Source of the DNA: an uncultured Candidatus Rokubacteria bacterium
Lineage (GTDB): Bacteria; Methylomirabilota; Methylomirabilia; Rokubacteriales; CSP1-6
Direction: 5' to 3'
Length of the DNA: 64,000 nt
Assembly: GCA_963762145.1 (NCBI GenBank)
Contig: CAVXJS010000010.1
Coordinates: 260,203-324,202, forward strand
The translations under genes were made by a program, and so were the position numbers. The notes beneath the pieces are model-generated. The model ran no database searches. It was not told the DNA's origin and saw only the letters and a list, made by a program, of their open reading frames with translations. Below are positions 10,827 to 21,236 of the stretch, in pieces. Every line of letters begins with the position of its first letter. The stretch's first letter is position 1.

Positions 10827-11525
10827 CTACTTCTTCTTCTCGCCGCCCTTGTCCTTCGCGTCCGCCTCGGCGGCTTCCCCCTCCTTCGGCTTCCGCTCGG
10901 TGAGCACTTCCGGCTCGGCCGCCGTCGCTTCCGTCGTCACCGCGGCCACCACTGCCGTCTCCTCGGCCGCCGGCGGGGCGACCGTGACCACCGCCTGGTT
11001 CGGGTCGTTGAGGACGCGCACGCCCTCGGGCACCTTCAGGTCCTTGACGGTCAGCACGTCGTGGATGGCGAGGTTCGTGATGTCGGCCTCGAGGTACTCC
11101 GGGATGTTTCCGGGCAGGCAGGAGACCCGCACCTCGCGGAGCACCATCTCGAGGATGCCCTGGGTGTCCTTGACGCCGATCGCCTCGCCGACGTGGTGCA
11201 CCGCCACCGTGACCTGGATGGCGCGGTCCATCGCCACTTCCTGCAGGTCCACGTGGATGAGATTCTCCGAGACCGGATCGAACTGCATGTCCCGGATGAT
11301 CGCCATCTTGGCGTCGGTGGTCCCCTCGAAGGTCACCCGGAACAGCTGGGTGCTGCCCTCGTGGCCGTGGATGAGGCGGAGCACGTCCTTGGGGGTCACC
11401 GCCACGTTCACCGGGCTCGCGCCGCCGTAGAGGGTCGCCGGGACCTGGCCCGCGGCGCGCAGGCGCCGGGCGGGGCCCTTGCCGGTGCCCTCGCGCTTCC
11501 GGATGGTCAACTCACGCATGTCCAT
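10827..11525 (-). CDS. rplY: 50S ribosomal protein L25 / general stress protein Ctc (long form)
   Basis: 232-aa ORF with RKREGTGKGPARRLRAAGQVPATLYG.., plus the Ctc-type C-terminal domain and a Lys/Glu-rich tail. Confidence 0.9.
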   Translation of the reverse strand: MDMRELTIRKREGTGKGPARRLRAAGQVPATLYGGASPVNVAVTPKDVLRLIHGHEGSTQLFRVTFEGTTDAKMAIIRDMQFDPVSENLIHVDLQEVAMDRAIQVTVAVHHVGEAIGVKDTQGILEMVLREVRVSCLPGNIPEYLEADITNLAIHDVLTVKDLKVPEGVRVLNDPNQAVVTVAPPAAEETAVVAAVTTEATAAEPEVLTERKPKEGEAAEADAKDKGGEKKK

Positions 11526-11556
11526 GACTCAGCTCCTTCAGGTGAAAGATTGGCTC

Positions 11557-12498
11557 TTACACGAAGAGGGTCGAGACGGATTCCTCGTCGTGGATGCGAC
11601 GGATCGCCTCCGCGAGCAGCGGGGCGACCGAGAGAACGCGGATCTTGGACAGCTGCCGCTCGGGCGTCAGCGGAACCGTGTTCGTGATGATGACTTCCTC
11701 GAGCACCGACTCCTTGATGCGGTCGATGGCCGGGCCGGAGAGCACGCCGTGCACCGCGCAGGCGAGGACGCGGCCGCGCGCCCTCGCGGCTGGAGCGCGT
11801 CCACCGCCTGGATCAGCGTGCCCGCGGTGTCGATCATGTCGTCGACGATCACGACGTCCTTGCCCTTGACGTCGCCGATGAGGTGCATGAACTCGGCGAC
11901 GTTGTTGCCCTCGCGCCGCTTGTCGATGATGGCGAGGCCCGCCTTGAGCCGCTTGGCGAGCGCGCGGGCGCGCTCCACGCCGCCCGCGTCCGGCGAGACC
12001 AGCACCGGGTCGTTCAGGTCCTTCTTGGCCAGGTAGTCGATGATCACCGGGGGCGCCGCGAAGAGGTGGTCCACCGGGATGTTGAAGAAGCCCTGGATCT
12101 GCCCGGCGTGCAGGTCGACCGCGAGCAGGCGCTGCGCGCCGGCCGCGGTGAGGAGGTCGGCCACCAGCTTGGCCGTGATCGGCATGCGCGGCTGCACCTT
12201 GCGGTCCTGGCGGCCGTAGCCGTAGTAGGGCAGCACCGCGGTGATGCGCCGGGCCGACGCGCGCTTGAGCGCGTCGATCATGACGAGCAGCTCCATCAGG
12301 TGATCGTTCACCGGGCGGGCACGTGGGCTGGATCACGAAGACGTCCTGGCCGCGGACGTTCTCGTTGATCTGCACGTAGACCTCGCCGTCGGAGAAGCGC
12401 GAGACGTCCGCGTCGCCCAGCGGGAGCTGAAGCGTCTTGGCGATCTCCTCCGCGAGCGGGCGGTTCGCGTTGCCGGAGAAGAGCTTCAGCTCGTACAT
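11557..12498 (-). pseudogene. prs: ribose-phosphate pyrophosphokinase, interrupted by two single-base indels as assembled
   Basis: The N-terminus ([30 protein letters not shown]) and C-terminus (..[25 protein letters not shown]) sit in one frame. The middle ([46 protein letters not shown]) sits in another. The frame changes near 12312 and 11770. Confidence 0.9.
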
Positions 12499-12617
12499 GT
12501 CATGACCCCGTCTCCCTTGACTGACGTTCGCGCTCTTCTTGCTTGTATCCGCTCGGCTCGCCTTCGGCTGCGCCTCGCCAGGCCACTGCGGCTCGGCGCG
12601 CCACGATCCGCGGCGTT

Positions 12618-12691
12618 TGGCTGGGGCGGGAGGAATCGAACCTCCATTGCGGGGGCCAAAGCCCCGAGTCCTGCCACTGAACGACGCCCCA
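12618..12691 (-). tRNA. tRNA-Gln (UUG), CCA encoded
   Basis: Reverse complement reads TGGGGCGTCGTTCAGTGGCAGGACTCGGGGCTTTGGCCCCCGCAATGGAGGTTCGATTCCTCCCGCCCCAGCCA, with the U1-A72 pair typical of Gln. Confidence 0.9.
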
Positions 12692-12709
12692 GTGGAAACC
12701 CGTTCAGGT

Positions 12710-13585
12710 TCATCGCGTCACCCGGATCGCGGGGCCGGAGTTGGTGCGGACCGCCCAGCAGGCCCAGCCCGCCCGGCTCACCCGCGATGCGGATCTGCCG
12801 CGCGTGGTCCAGGGACCGCGCCATCCCGAACACGGTCGGGCCGCTGCCCGACATGATCGCTCCGAGCGCGCCCGCCGCCAAGAGGGCCGCCTTCATGCGG
12901 CCGATCACGGGCAGCACCGGCTCGACCACGCGCTCCAGATTGTTCGTCAGCGCCGCCGCTACCTTGTTCACGTTCCGCGTCCTCAACGCCTCGATCACCC
13001 GCTCCGTGCCCGTGGGCTCGGCCCGCCAGCCTGCCGGAACCCGCCCGTACACCTCTGCCGTGGACAGCGGGACGCGGGGGTTCACCAGCACGAGCGCGTA
13101 ACCGCCGCCCGCCGGGCAGCACGGTCAGCTGCTCGCCGCGCCCGCGTGGCCACCGCGCGCCCCGTGCCCAGGAAGAACGGCACGTCCATGCCCAGCTCCA
13201 CCGCCAGCTCCGAAAGCCGCGCCCTGGGCCAGCGAAGCCGCCACAGCCGGTTCAGCCCCCAGAGCGTCGCGGCCGCATCGCTCGATCCCCCGCCCAGCCC
13301 CGCCGCCACCGGGATGCGCTTGGTCAGCCGGATCCGAGCTCCGGCCTCGATCCCCGCCGCCTTCTGGAGCAGCCGGGCGGCGCGCATCACCAGGTTGCCA
13401 TCGTCGGTGGGCAAGTCGGGATCGTCCGTGTGGAGCGAAAGGGTGTCGGCCGCTTCCAGCTTCAGGCGATCGAACAGGTCCACCGCCTGCAGCACCGTCG
13501 CGATCTCGTGATACCCGTCGCCCCGCTTGCCCAGCACCTCGAGGGCCAGGTTCACTTTGGCGGAGGTGCGAAGCACCACCTCCAT
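12710..13585 (-). pseudogene. ispE: 4-diphosphocytidyl-2-C-methyl-D-erythritol kinase, frameshifted as assembled
   Basis: Contains KVNLALEVLGKRGDGYHEI.., the GHMP motif PVAAGLGGGSSDAAA, then MSGSGPTVFG in a second frame. A third frame gives the tail ..[15 protein letters not shown] and a stop at 12710. Confidence 0.85.
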
Positions 13586-13643
13586 GCTGCCCCGTGACCG
13601 CTTCGACAAGGCGACGTAGGCTACCATGCGGTGCGAAAGAGTG

Positions 13644-14410
13644 TCAACGGAAGTCTTGGATTTTAACGTGTTCCGGGACAGTCGGCTTCAGCAGCGCGGG
13701 GTCGAGCCCCGTGTTCATCCGCGGGTCTCGGTAGGCCACCGTGACGCGCAGCGCCCCGTCCGGCGTCTCGAGCCTGAGGCCGGCGGGCGGGGCGTCCGGC
13801 GGCGTCGGGGTGAACGTCACCCGCGCGGGATTCTTGCCGGTCCACTCGACCTGCTTCGCCTGTCCGCTGGCGGGGTCGAACCAGATGCGCTGCTCGACGT
13901 CGCGCCCGGCGAGCCGGAGCGACGGGCCGATCTCGTCGGGGGCGACCAGCTCCCCCGGGTCGGGTCCGGCAGCGGTCGGGCGCGCCCCGCGAGCAGCGCG
14001 ACGAGATCCTCGCCGCCCAGCGCCAGGCCGAGCCACCGCCGGTTGGCGTCCGGCGAGGCGGGCGCGATGTACGCGCGGTTGTCAGCACCTCCCAGAGCGT
14101 GACGGACTGCGGGTCGCCGGCCACGATCAGACCGGCGTGCCGAACGGGGAGAGGGCCTCGAACCGGAGCGAGGCGGGCTCCCGCAGGAGCAGCATGACGC
14201 CGGAGAGGCGCTGGGCGCGCCCGCTGCGGCGCGAGCTGAGTCGACCAGCGATGCGCAGGTCGACCAAGAGCGGCGATGCTGCTCGAGTGCGCGGCGAGCG
14301 GCCGCGCGGGCGTCCTCGGCGATGGGCGTCGGCGCGGGCGCCGGAGGGACGGTGGCGCACGCGGACAGCCCGACGGCGAGCAGGAGGCCGCCGGCCAGGC
14401 GGAGCCGGCT
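13644..14410 (-). pseudogene. LolB-like / DUF4292-like lipoprotein, at least 3 frameshifts as assembled
   Basis: Lipobox-like N-terminus (RLRLAGGLLLAVGLSAC), with pieces LLVDLRIAGRLSS..LLLREPASLRFEALSPFGTPV and ..RIWFDPASGQAKQVEWTGKNPARVTFTP.. spread over three frames. Its position upstream of ispE resembles lolB-ispE-prs clusters. The start codon is not resolved. Confidence 0.5.
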
Positions 14411-16215
14411 ACTTCTGCTCGGCCTTGGGCGGCGCCACCCTTGGCCCGGAGCTGCTTCTCCCGCGCGTCCCGGATCTTGTTCCTCACCGCGTGGGCGATG
14501 CGGCCGTCCTTGTCCACCTGGAGGGCCTTCTCCCACGCCTCGATCGCCTCGCTCGACCTTGTCGTTCTTCAGGTAGGCGTCGCCGAGGTGGTCGAAGATC
14601 ACCGGGTCGTCCTTGGCCCGGTCGGCCGCGCGCTGCAGCTCGCGCAGGGCCTCCGGGTAGCGGCCCTGCTGGTAGTAGACCCAGCCCAGGCTGTCGATGA
14701 AGTAGCCGTTCTCGGGCTCGAGCGCGAGCGCGTGCTGGACCAGCTCGAGGGCCTCGGTCAGGTTCGTGCCCCGCTCCGCGTACATGTAGCCGATGTAGTT
14801 GTAGGCCTCGGCGTGCTTGGGATCGATGGCGATGCACGCGGCGGAACGAGCTGATGGCGTCGTCGGAGCGCTGCTGCTTCTCGCGCACCACCCCGAGCTG
14901 GAAGTGGAGGTCGCTGTTCTTGTCGTCCACGCGAGAGCCCTTCCTGCAGCACGTCGGCGGAGCGGTCGTACTGCTGGCGCGGTAGAGCGCGGTGCCGAGG
15001 TAGAGGAAGAGCTCGGGCGCTTGGGCTCGATGTTGACCGCCTCGCGCAGGACGCGCACCGCGTCGTCGTGGCGCTTGGCGCGGCCGTGGAGGAAGCCGAG
15101 CTGCACGCGCGCGTCCACCGAGCGGGGATCGGCGGCGATGATGCTGCTCGAGCTCGCTGCGCGCCTCGTCGTCCTTGCCCGCCTCCATCAGCGTGGTGGC
15201 CAGGAAGTAGCGGGCGCGCAGGTTGCCGGGCTCGAGCGACGACGGCCCGGCGGAACGCGGCGACCGCCTTGTCCCACTCCTTCTGCTCGTAGTGGAGCGC
15301 GCCCAGCTTCATCCACACCCGCGGGTCGCGCGGGGCGGCCTCGGTCAGCGCCTCGATCTCGCTCTGCGCCTCCTTGAGCGGCCGAGCCGGATCGAGCAGG
15401 TCGCCCAGGCGCTCGACGAAGGCGGGATTGTCCGGGTTGGCCCGAGCGCGTCCTTGTAGACCGCGACCGCCTCGTCGGGCTTGCTTCTGGTTCTCGTAGA
15501 CGAAGCCGAGCGCGGTCCACGCGCCGTCGTTGTCGGGGTCGAGCTCGACGGCGCGCCGGAGGCTGCACGATGGCCTCGGCCCAGCTCTCGTTCTCGATGC
15601 CGATGCGCCCGAGCAGGTAGTGGCCCTGCGAGAGATTCGGGCGCGCCTCGACGAGCCGGCGCAGCACCGCGCGTGCCTTGTCGTAGCTCTTCTGCTCGAA
15701 GTGGTGCTGGGCGAGGGCGAGGTAGCCGTCGGGGGTCTGCGGGTGCGAGCGCGATCGCCCGCTCCAGCTCGGCCTCCGCCTCGGGGAGCTGGCGCTGGCG
15801 CCGGTAGAGGTCGGCCAGCGTCATGTGCGCGCTCGCGGTTCTTGGGCTCGAGCGCGACGGCCTTCTGCGCGGCGGTCGAAGGCCCGGCGGTGTGCGTTGA
15901 TCCGCGATCAGCCACTGCGCGAGCTGGATCTAGAGGCGGCGGTGTTCGGGATCGTACTTGATCGCCTCGCGCAGCTGGGTGATCGCCTGCGGCAGGCGGC
16001 CGCGCGCGCGCCTGGAGCTGCGCGACGCGTAGTGGTCGTAGGCCTCGGCCCTGGCCGCTCGACCGGCCGGCGCGCCCGGCGGGCCGATCGTGACGGTCTG
16101 GGACTCGGCCGGGCCCGTCTGCGCGGTGGCGCAGCCGTGCGAGCGCCCGCCGACCACGAGCAGGAGCGCCAGTGAGCCCGCACGCCCCGGCGGCGCGGAT
16201 CAGGCCCTTGGCCAT
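14409..16215 (-). pseudogene. TPR-repeat protein, at least 8 frame changes as assembled
   Basis: Concatenating pieces from all three frames gives continuous TPR repeats (..AEAYNYIGYMYAERGTNLTEALELVQHALALEPENGYFIDSLGWVYYQQGRYPEALREL..). There is a signal-like N-terminus and a probable end ..REKQLRAKGGAAPKAEQK. Confidence 0.7.
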
Positions 16216-16661
16216 GATGCGCGCGGACGGTGGAGGCGAGCGCCTCGTCGCGCATCGGGGCGGCCGCCCCTTCCACCAGCGGCCAGCTCGTCGGCGTCGA
16301 GCCGGAGCGGAGGCGCGGGCGGTGGCGCGGCGGGCGGTCGGCGGTGCAGCGCGCCGGCGCGGGCGCCGCGAGGCTGAGCGCAGCGCGGTGACGGTCGGTG
16401 CCGTAGCGGGCGCGGAGCGCCGCGAGCGACTTCCGCGGATCGCATGGACAGCTCCTGGAGCCACGGGGAATTGTCGACCCGCACCTCGAGCGTGCCGGCC
16501 CGCAGATCGCCGGGCCGGGTGCGAGGGCCAGCGCGGCGCCGACCGCGCCGCGCCAGCCCTGGCGGATGCGTCAGCTCGAGCAGGCGCTCTTCGAGCGCGG
16601 GCACCGCGGCGGTGAGCAGGTCCGCCACGCGGAGCGGGAACGAGGAGCGGCCTGAGCGCAT
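16200..16661 (-). pseudogene. DUF721 (DciA-like) protein, frameshifted as assembled
   Basis: [23 protein letters not shown].. and ..PGDLRAGTLEVRVDNSPWLQELSMRSAEV.. match the DUF721 pattern. The 3' end and frame are uncertain. Confidence 0.5.
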
Positions 16662-16766
16662 CGTGGGTCCATGATACTTGAGCCGGGTATGCCACTCGCC
16701 ACGCTTGAACGCACGTCGGGCGGCAAATTGACTCAGATCGTACGCGACACTTATAGTGTCGCTACC

Positions 16767-18145
16767 ATGGCGCGACCGAAACGCGGCGAGATTCTGTCCA
16801 TGACGATCGACGACCTCGCCTTCGGAGGCGAAGGCGTCGGCCGCGCCGACGGCTACGTCGTGTTCGTGCCGGGCGGCCTGCCCGGCGATCGCCTGCGGGT
16901 CCGGCTCGTGCAGGCGCGCGCCGCGCTTCGGCCGCGGCGTCATCGAGGCCATCGAGGAGCCCTCGCCGCAGCGCGTGCGACGCGCCGTGCCCATACTTCG
17001 GGCGCTGCGGCGGCTGCCGCCTCCAGCACATGGCCTATCCGGCCCAGCTCGCCTTCAAGGCCAAGCAGGTGGCGGACTGCGCTGGAGCGCCTCGGCGGCC
17101 TCGGCGCGTCGAGCTCCGGCCGATCATCGGCGCGCCCGCGACCTTCGGGTACCGCAACAAGATGGAGTTCACGGTGGCGCGGCGCGCGACGGAGCCGCTC
17201 GTGGTGGGGCTCCACGAGGCCGAGCGCTACGACGCGGTGCTCGACATCGAGCGCTGCCTGCTCCAGTCCGACCGCATGAACGCCCTGCTCGGCGAGGCGC
17301 GCGCGCTTCTTCGTCGAGCGCGGCGCTCACCGTCTACGACCAGGACAGCGGCGAGGGGCTGCTGCGCTTCCTGATGCTGCGCGAGGGCACCGACACCGGC
17401 GAGACTCATGGCCAACGTGGTCACCTCCGCGCCCGCGGTGTCCGAGCTGGCCCCGCTCGCCGCGCGGCTGCAGCGCGCGCGTGCCGGGGACGACCAGCGT
17501 GGTCATGAACGTGAACCCCAAGAAGGCCAGCGTGGCGGTCGGCGTCGAGGAGCACCTGCTGGGCGGCCGCGACCACATCCGCGAGGGCATCGGCGGGCTC
17601 ACCTTCCAGGTCTCGGCGAGCTCGTTCTTCCAGACCAATACCCGACAGGCCGAGCGGCTCTTCGAGCTCGTGCTCGAGGCGGCCGGCCTGACCGGGACCG
17701 AGACGGTCTGCGATCTCTACTCCGGCACGGGCGCGATCAGCCTGCTCCTGGCCCGCCGCGCCGGTGGGTCTACGGCATCGAGGTGGCGCAGGCCGCGGTG
17801 GACGACGCGCGGCGGAACGCGGCGGCCAACGGGATCACCAACTGCACGTTCGTGTGCGGGCGAGGTGCGCTTCGTGCTGCCCGCCCTGATCGCGAAGGGC
17901 GTGACCGCCGAGGTGGTGGTGGCCGATCCGCCGCGCGCGGGGTTCCATCCCAAGGCGCTCGCCGCGCTCGTCGCGCTGGCGCCCGCCGCATCGTCTACGT
18001 GTCGTGCAACCCCACCACGCTCGCCCGCGACCTGGGCGAGCTGGTGCGCGGCGGCTACCGGCTCGAGTGGGTGCAGCCGGTCGACATGTTCCCGCACACC
18101 CCGCACATCGAGGCGGTGGCCCGGCTGGAGCGCGTGGGCTCGTGA
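16767..18145 (+). pseudogene. rlmD: 23S rRNA (uracil-C5)-methyltransferase RlmD/RumA family, several frameshifts as assembled
   Basis: TRAM domain (MTIDDLAFGGEGVGRADGYVVFVPGGLPGDRLRV), then ..YPAQLAFKAKQV..GYRNKMEFTV.., ..[27 protein letters not shown].. and ..[31 protein letters not shown] in different frames. Confidence 0.8.
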
Positions 18146-19061
18146 AGTCGTACCTGCTGCGCCGCCTCTGGCAGTCGCTGCTGGTCCTCTTCGGCGTCTC
18201 GGTGGTGGTGTTCCTGATCCTGCACCTGACCGGCGATCCCGGCCGCGCTCCTGCTGCCGCCCGACGCGACCGCGGAGGACATCGCGAAGTTCCGCGACCG
18301 CGATGGGCTTCAACGATCCGGTCGCGGTCCAGTACCTCCGCTTCCTCCGGGGCGCGGTGCGCGGGGACTTCGGCGAGTCGCTGCGCCACGGCGAGCCCGC
18401 GATGGCCCTCGTGGTCGAGCGGCTGCCCGCGACCTTCCAGCTCGCGGGAGCCGGGCTGCTCATCGCGCTGTGCCTGGCCATCCCGGCCGGCATCGTGTCG
18501 GCGGTCCGGCGCAACACCGCGGTGGACTACATCTCGACGGTGGTGGCGCTCCTCGGGCAGGCCATGCCGACCTTCTGGCTCGGGATCATGCTGATCCTGG
18601 TCTTCTCGGTGCGGCTCAACTGGCTGCCCTCCTCGGGGCGCGGCGGCCTCGAGCACCTGGTCCTGCCCGCGATCACCCTCGGCCTCTTCACCACCGCGCG
18701 CATCACGCGGCTGACGCGCTCCGGGATGCTCGAGGTGCTCGGGCAGGACTACATCCGCACCGCGCGCGCCAAGGGCGTCGGCGAGCCGCCGGTGGTGTGG
18801 AAGCACGCGCTCAAGAACGCGTCGATCCCGATCGTCACCATCGTGGGGATCGAGCTCGGCACGCTGCTCGGCGGCTCGGTGATCACCGAGACCATCTTCG
18901 CGTGGCCGGGCGTGGGGCGGCTCTCGGTGCAGGCCATCTTCAACCGCGACTATCCGGTGGTGCAGTCCGCGGTGTTCCTGCTCGCCAGCACCTTCGTGAT
19001 CGTCAACTTCCTGGTGGACGTGGTCTACACCTACCTCGACCCGCGCATCCGGTATCGCTGA
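18142..19061 (+). pseudogene. peptide/nickel-type ABC transporter permease (DppB/OppB-like), frameshifted near the 5' end
   Basis: KSYLLRRLWQSLLVLFGVSVVVFLILHLTGDP, then (after two frame changes at about 18240-18300) ..YLRFLRGAVRGDFGESL.. through ..IVNFLVDVVYTYLDPRIRY. The GTG start overlaps the rlmD stop. Confidence 0.8.
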
Positions 19062-20015
19062 TGGCCGCGGTGCCGCCCTCCACGCCGGCCCAGGACGCGC
19101 AGCTCGCCCCCCGCGACGTGGTCGCGCCGCTGGTGCGCCCGGCGCCCCTGGGCCGAGCGCGAGTGGGTGACGCCTGCTGCGGCGGCTGGTGCGGCGCCGC
19201 ACCGCGCTGTTCGGCCTGCTCGTCGTGCTGGTGGTGATGCTGGCCGCGGTGGCCGCCCCGCTCGTCGCGCCGTTCGATCCCCTGGAGCAGGACATCGGCC
19301 AGCGCCTGCGGGAGCCGGGCTGGCAGGACGCGCAGGGGCGGGTGCATCCGCTCGGCACCGACCACCTCGGGCGCGACATCCTCTCGCGCATCATCTTCGG
19401 CTCGCGCATCGCGCTGCTGGTGGGCCTGGCCGCGGTCGCTGATCTCGGGCGTGCTCGGGATGATCATCGGGCTCGTGGCCGGCTACTTCGGCGGGCGCAT
19501 GGACGACTTCCTGATGCGCCTGGCCGACGTGCAGCTCGCCTTCCCGTTCATCCTGCTCGCGATCGCGGTCATCGGCGTGCTGGGGCCGAGCCTGCGCAAC
19601 ATCATCATCGTCATCGGGGTGTCGTCCTGGGTGGTCTACGCGCGGGTGGTGCGGGGCGAGGTGCTCTCGATCCGCGAGCGCGAGTACGTGCACGCCGCGG
19701 TGGCGCTGGGCAGCCGCGCACTGGCGCGTGCTGGTCACCCACGTGCTGCCGAACACCTTCACGCCGTGGCTGGTGGTGGCCACCCTCGACATGGCGCGGG
19801 TGATCGTGATCGAGTCCGCGCTGTCGTTCCTGGGGCTGGGCGTGCAGCCGCCCACGCCCACCTGGGGCGGCATGCTCGCCGACGGCCGCGTCTACCTCTC
19901 GACCGCGTGGTGGCTCGCGACGTTCCCGGGCCTCGCGATCCTCATCACCGTGCTCGGCATCAACCTCTTCGGCGACGGGCTGCGCGACACGCTCGACCCG
20001 CGCCTCAAGGTCTGA
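19061..20015 (+). pseudogene. peptide/nickel-type ABC transporter permease (DppC/OppC-like), at least 3 frameshifts
   Basis: Pieces ..PLVAPFDPLEQDIGQRL..HPLGTDHLGRDILSRIIFGSR.., ..GYFGGRMDDFLMRLADVQLAFPFILLAIA.. and ..SALSFLGLGVQPPTPTWGGML..INLFGDGLRDTLDPRL lie in three frames. The ATG overlaps the upstream stop. Confidence 0.8.
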
Positions 20016-20027
20016 CCTCGAGGGCCC

Positions 20028-21224
20028 ATGGACAGCTCTGACACGCTGGTGCTGAGCGGGGCGCGCATCATCGACGGGACGGGGGCCGAGCCGGTGCGCG
20101 GCCGGTCGGTGGTGGTGGAGAAGGGCGTGATCACCGCGGTGGTGGACGACGCGCGGGCGCCGCGCGGCCACGGCATCGACCTGGCCGGCCACACGCTCCT
20201 GCCCGGCCTCATCAACTGCCACGTGCACCTCTGCCTCGGAGCGGAGGCCGATCCGGTCCGGCCGATCCGCGAGGAGCCGCTGGCCCTCACCGCCATCAAG
20301 GCGCTGCTGCGGGCGCGGGAGACGGCGCGCGCCGGGGTGACCACGGTGCGGGACCTCGGGGGCCGCGAGTACGTGGAGATCGCGGCGCGGCGGGCCATCC
20401 AGGAGGGCCTCATCGACGGGCCGCGCATCCTGGCCGCGGGCCGCCCGGTGTGCATGACCGGCGGGCACGGGCACTGGCTCGGCCGCGAGGCCGACGGGCC
20501 CGACGACGCGCGCAAGGCGGTGCGCGAGCAGCTCAAGGCGGGCGCCGACGTGATCAAGATCATCGCCACCGGCGGGGTCATGACCCCGGGGGTGGAGCCC
20601 GGCTCCCCCCAGATGACGCTCGAGGAGATGCGCGCGGCCATCGAGGAGGCGCGCAAGGCCGGCCGCCGCACCGCGGCCCACGCGATGGCCGCGACCGGGA
20701 TCAGCGAGGCGATCGACGCGGGGATCACCTCGATCGAGCACGGGGTCGTTCCTCACCGAGGCGATCGTGGCCCACATGCGCCGCGACGGGACCTTCCTGG
20801 TCCCGACCCTGAACGCGCCCGCCGCCATCGCGTCGGGTGGCGTCGCGGCGGGGATTCCCGCGTTCATGGTGCGCAAGTCCGAGGAGGTCCTGTCCGCCGC
20901 ACGTGGCGAGCTTCCAGCTCGCGCATCGCGCCGGCGTGCGGATCGCGGCGGGCGCCGACTCGGGCACGCCGCTCAACTTCCACGGCTCGCTGCTGCCCGA
21001 GCTCACGCTGATGGTGAAGTACGGCATGACGCCGCTCGAGGCGATCCGGTCCGCCACCGTCACCGCGGCCGAGTGCCTCGGGCTGGGCGAGGTGACCGGC
21101 CGCGTGGCCCCCGGCTACGCGGCGGATCTGATCGCGGTGGCGGGGGATCCCGGCCGAGCGGATCGAGGCCCTCGCGGATCTGAAGACCGTGCTCGTGAAC
21201 GGCCGCGTCATCCCGACCGCGTAG
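20028..21224 (+). pseudogene. amidohydrolase-family protein (imidazolonepropionase / Xaa-Pro dipeptidase-like), frameshifted
   Basis: ..LLPGLINCHVHL.., ..DVIKIIATGGVMTPG.., ..AAHAMAATGI..SIEHG.. then ..AGADSGTPLNFHGS..GRVAPGYAADLIAV.. in other frames. Probable stop at 21222-21224. Confidence 0.75.
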
Positions 21225-21236
21225 GCGACGCGGCGC

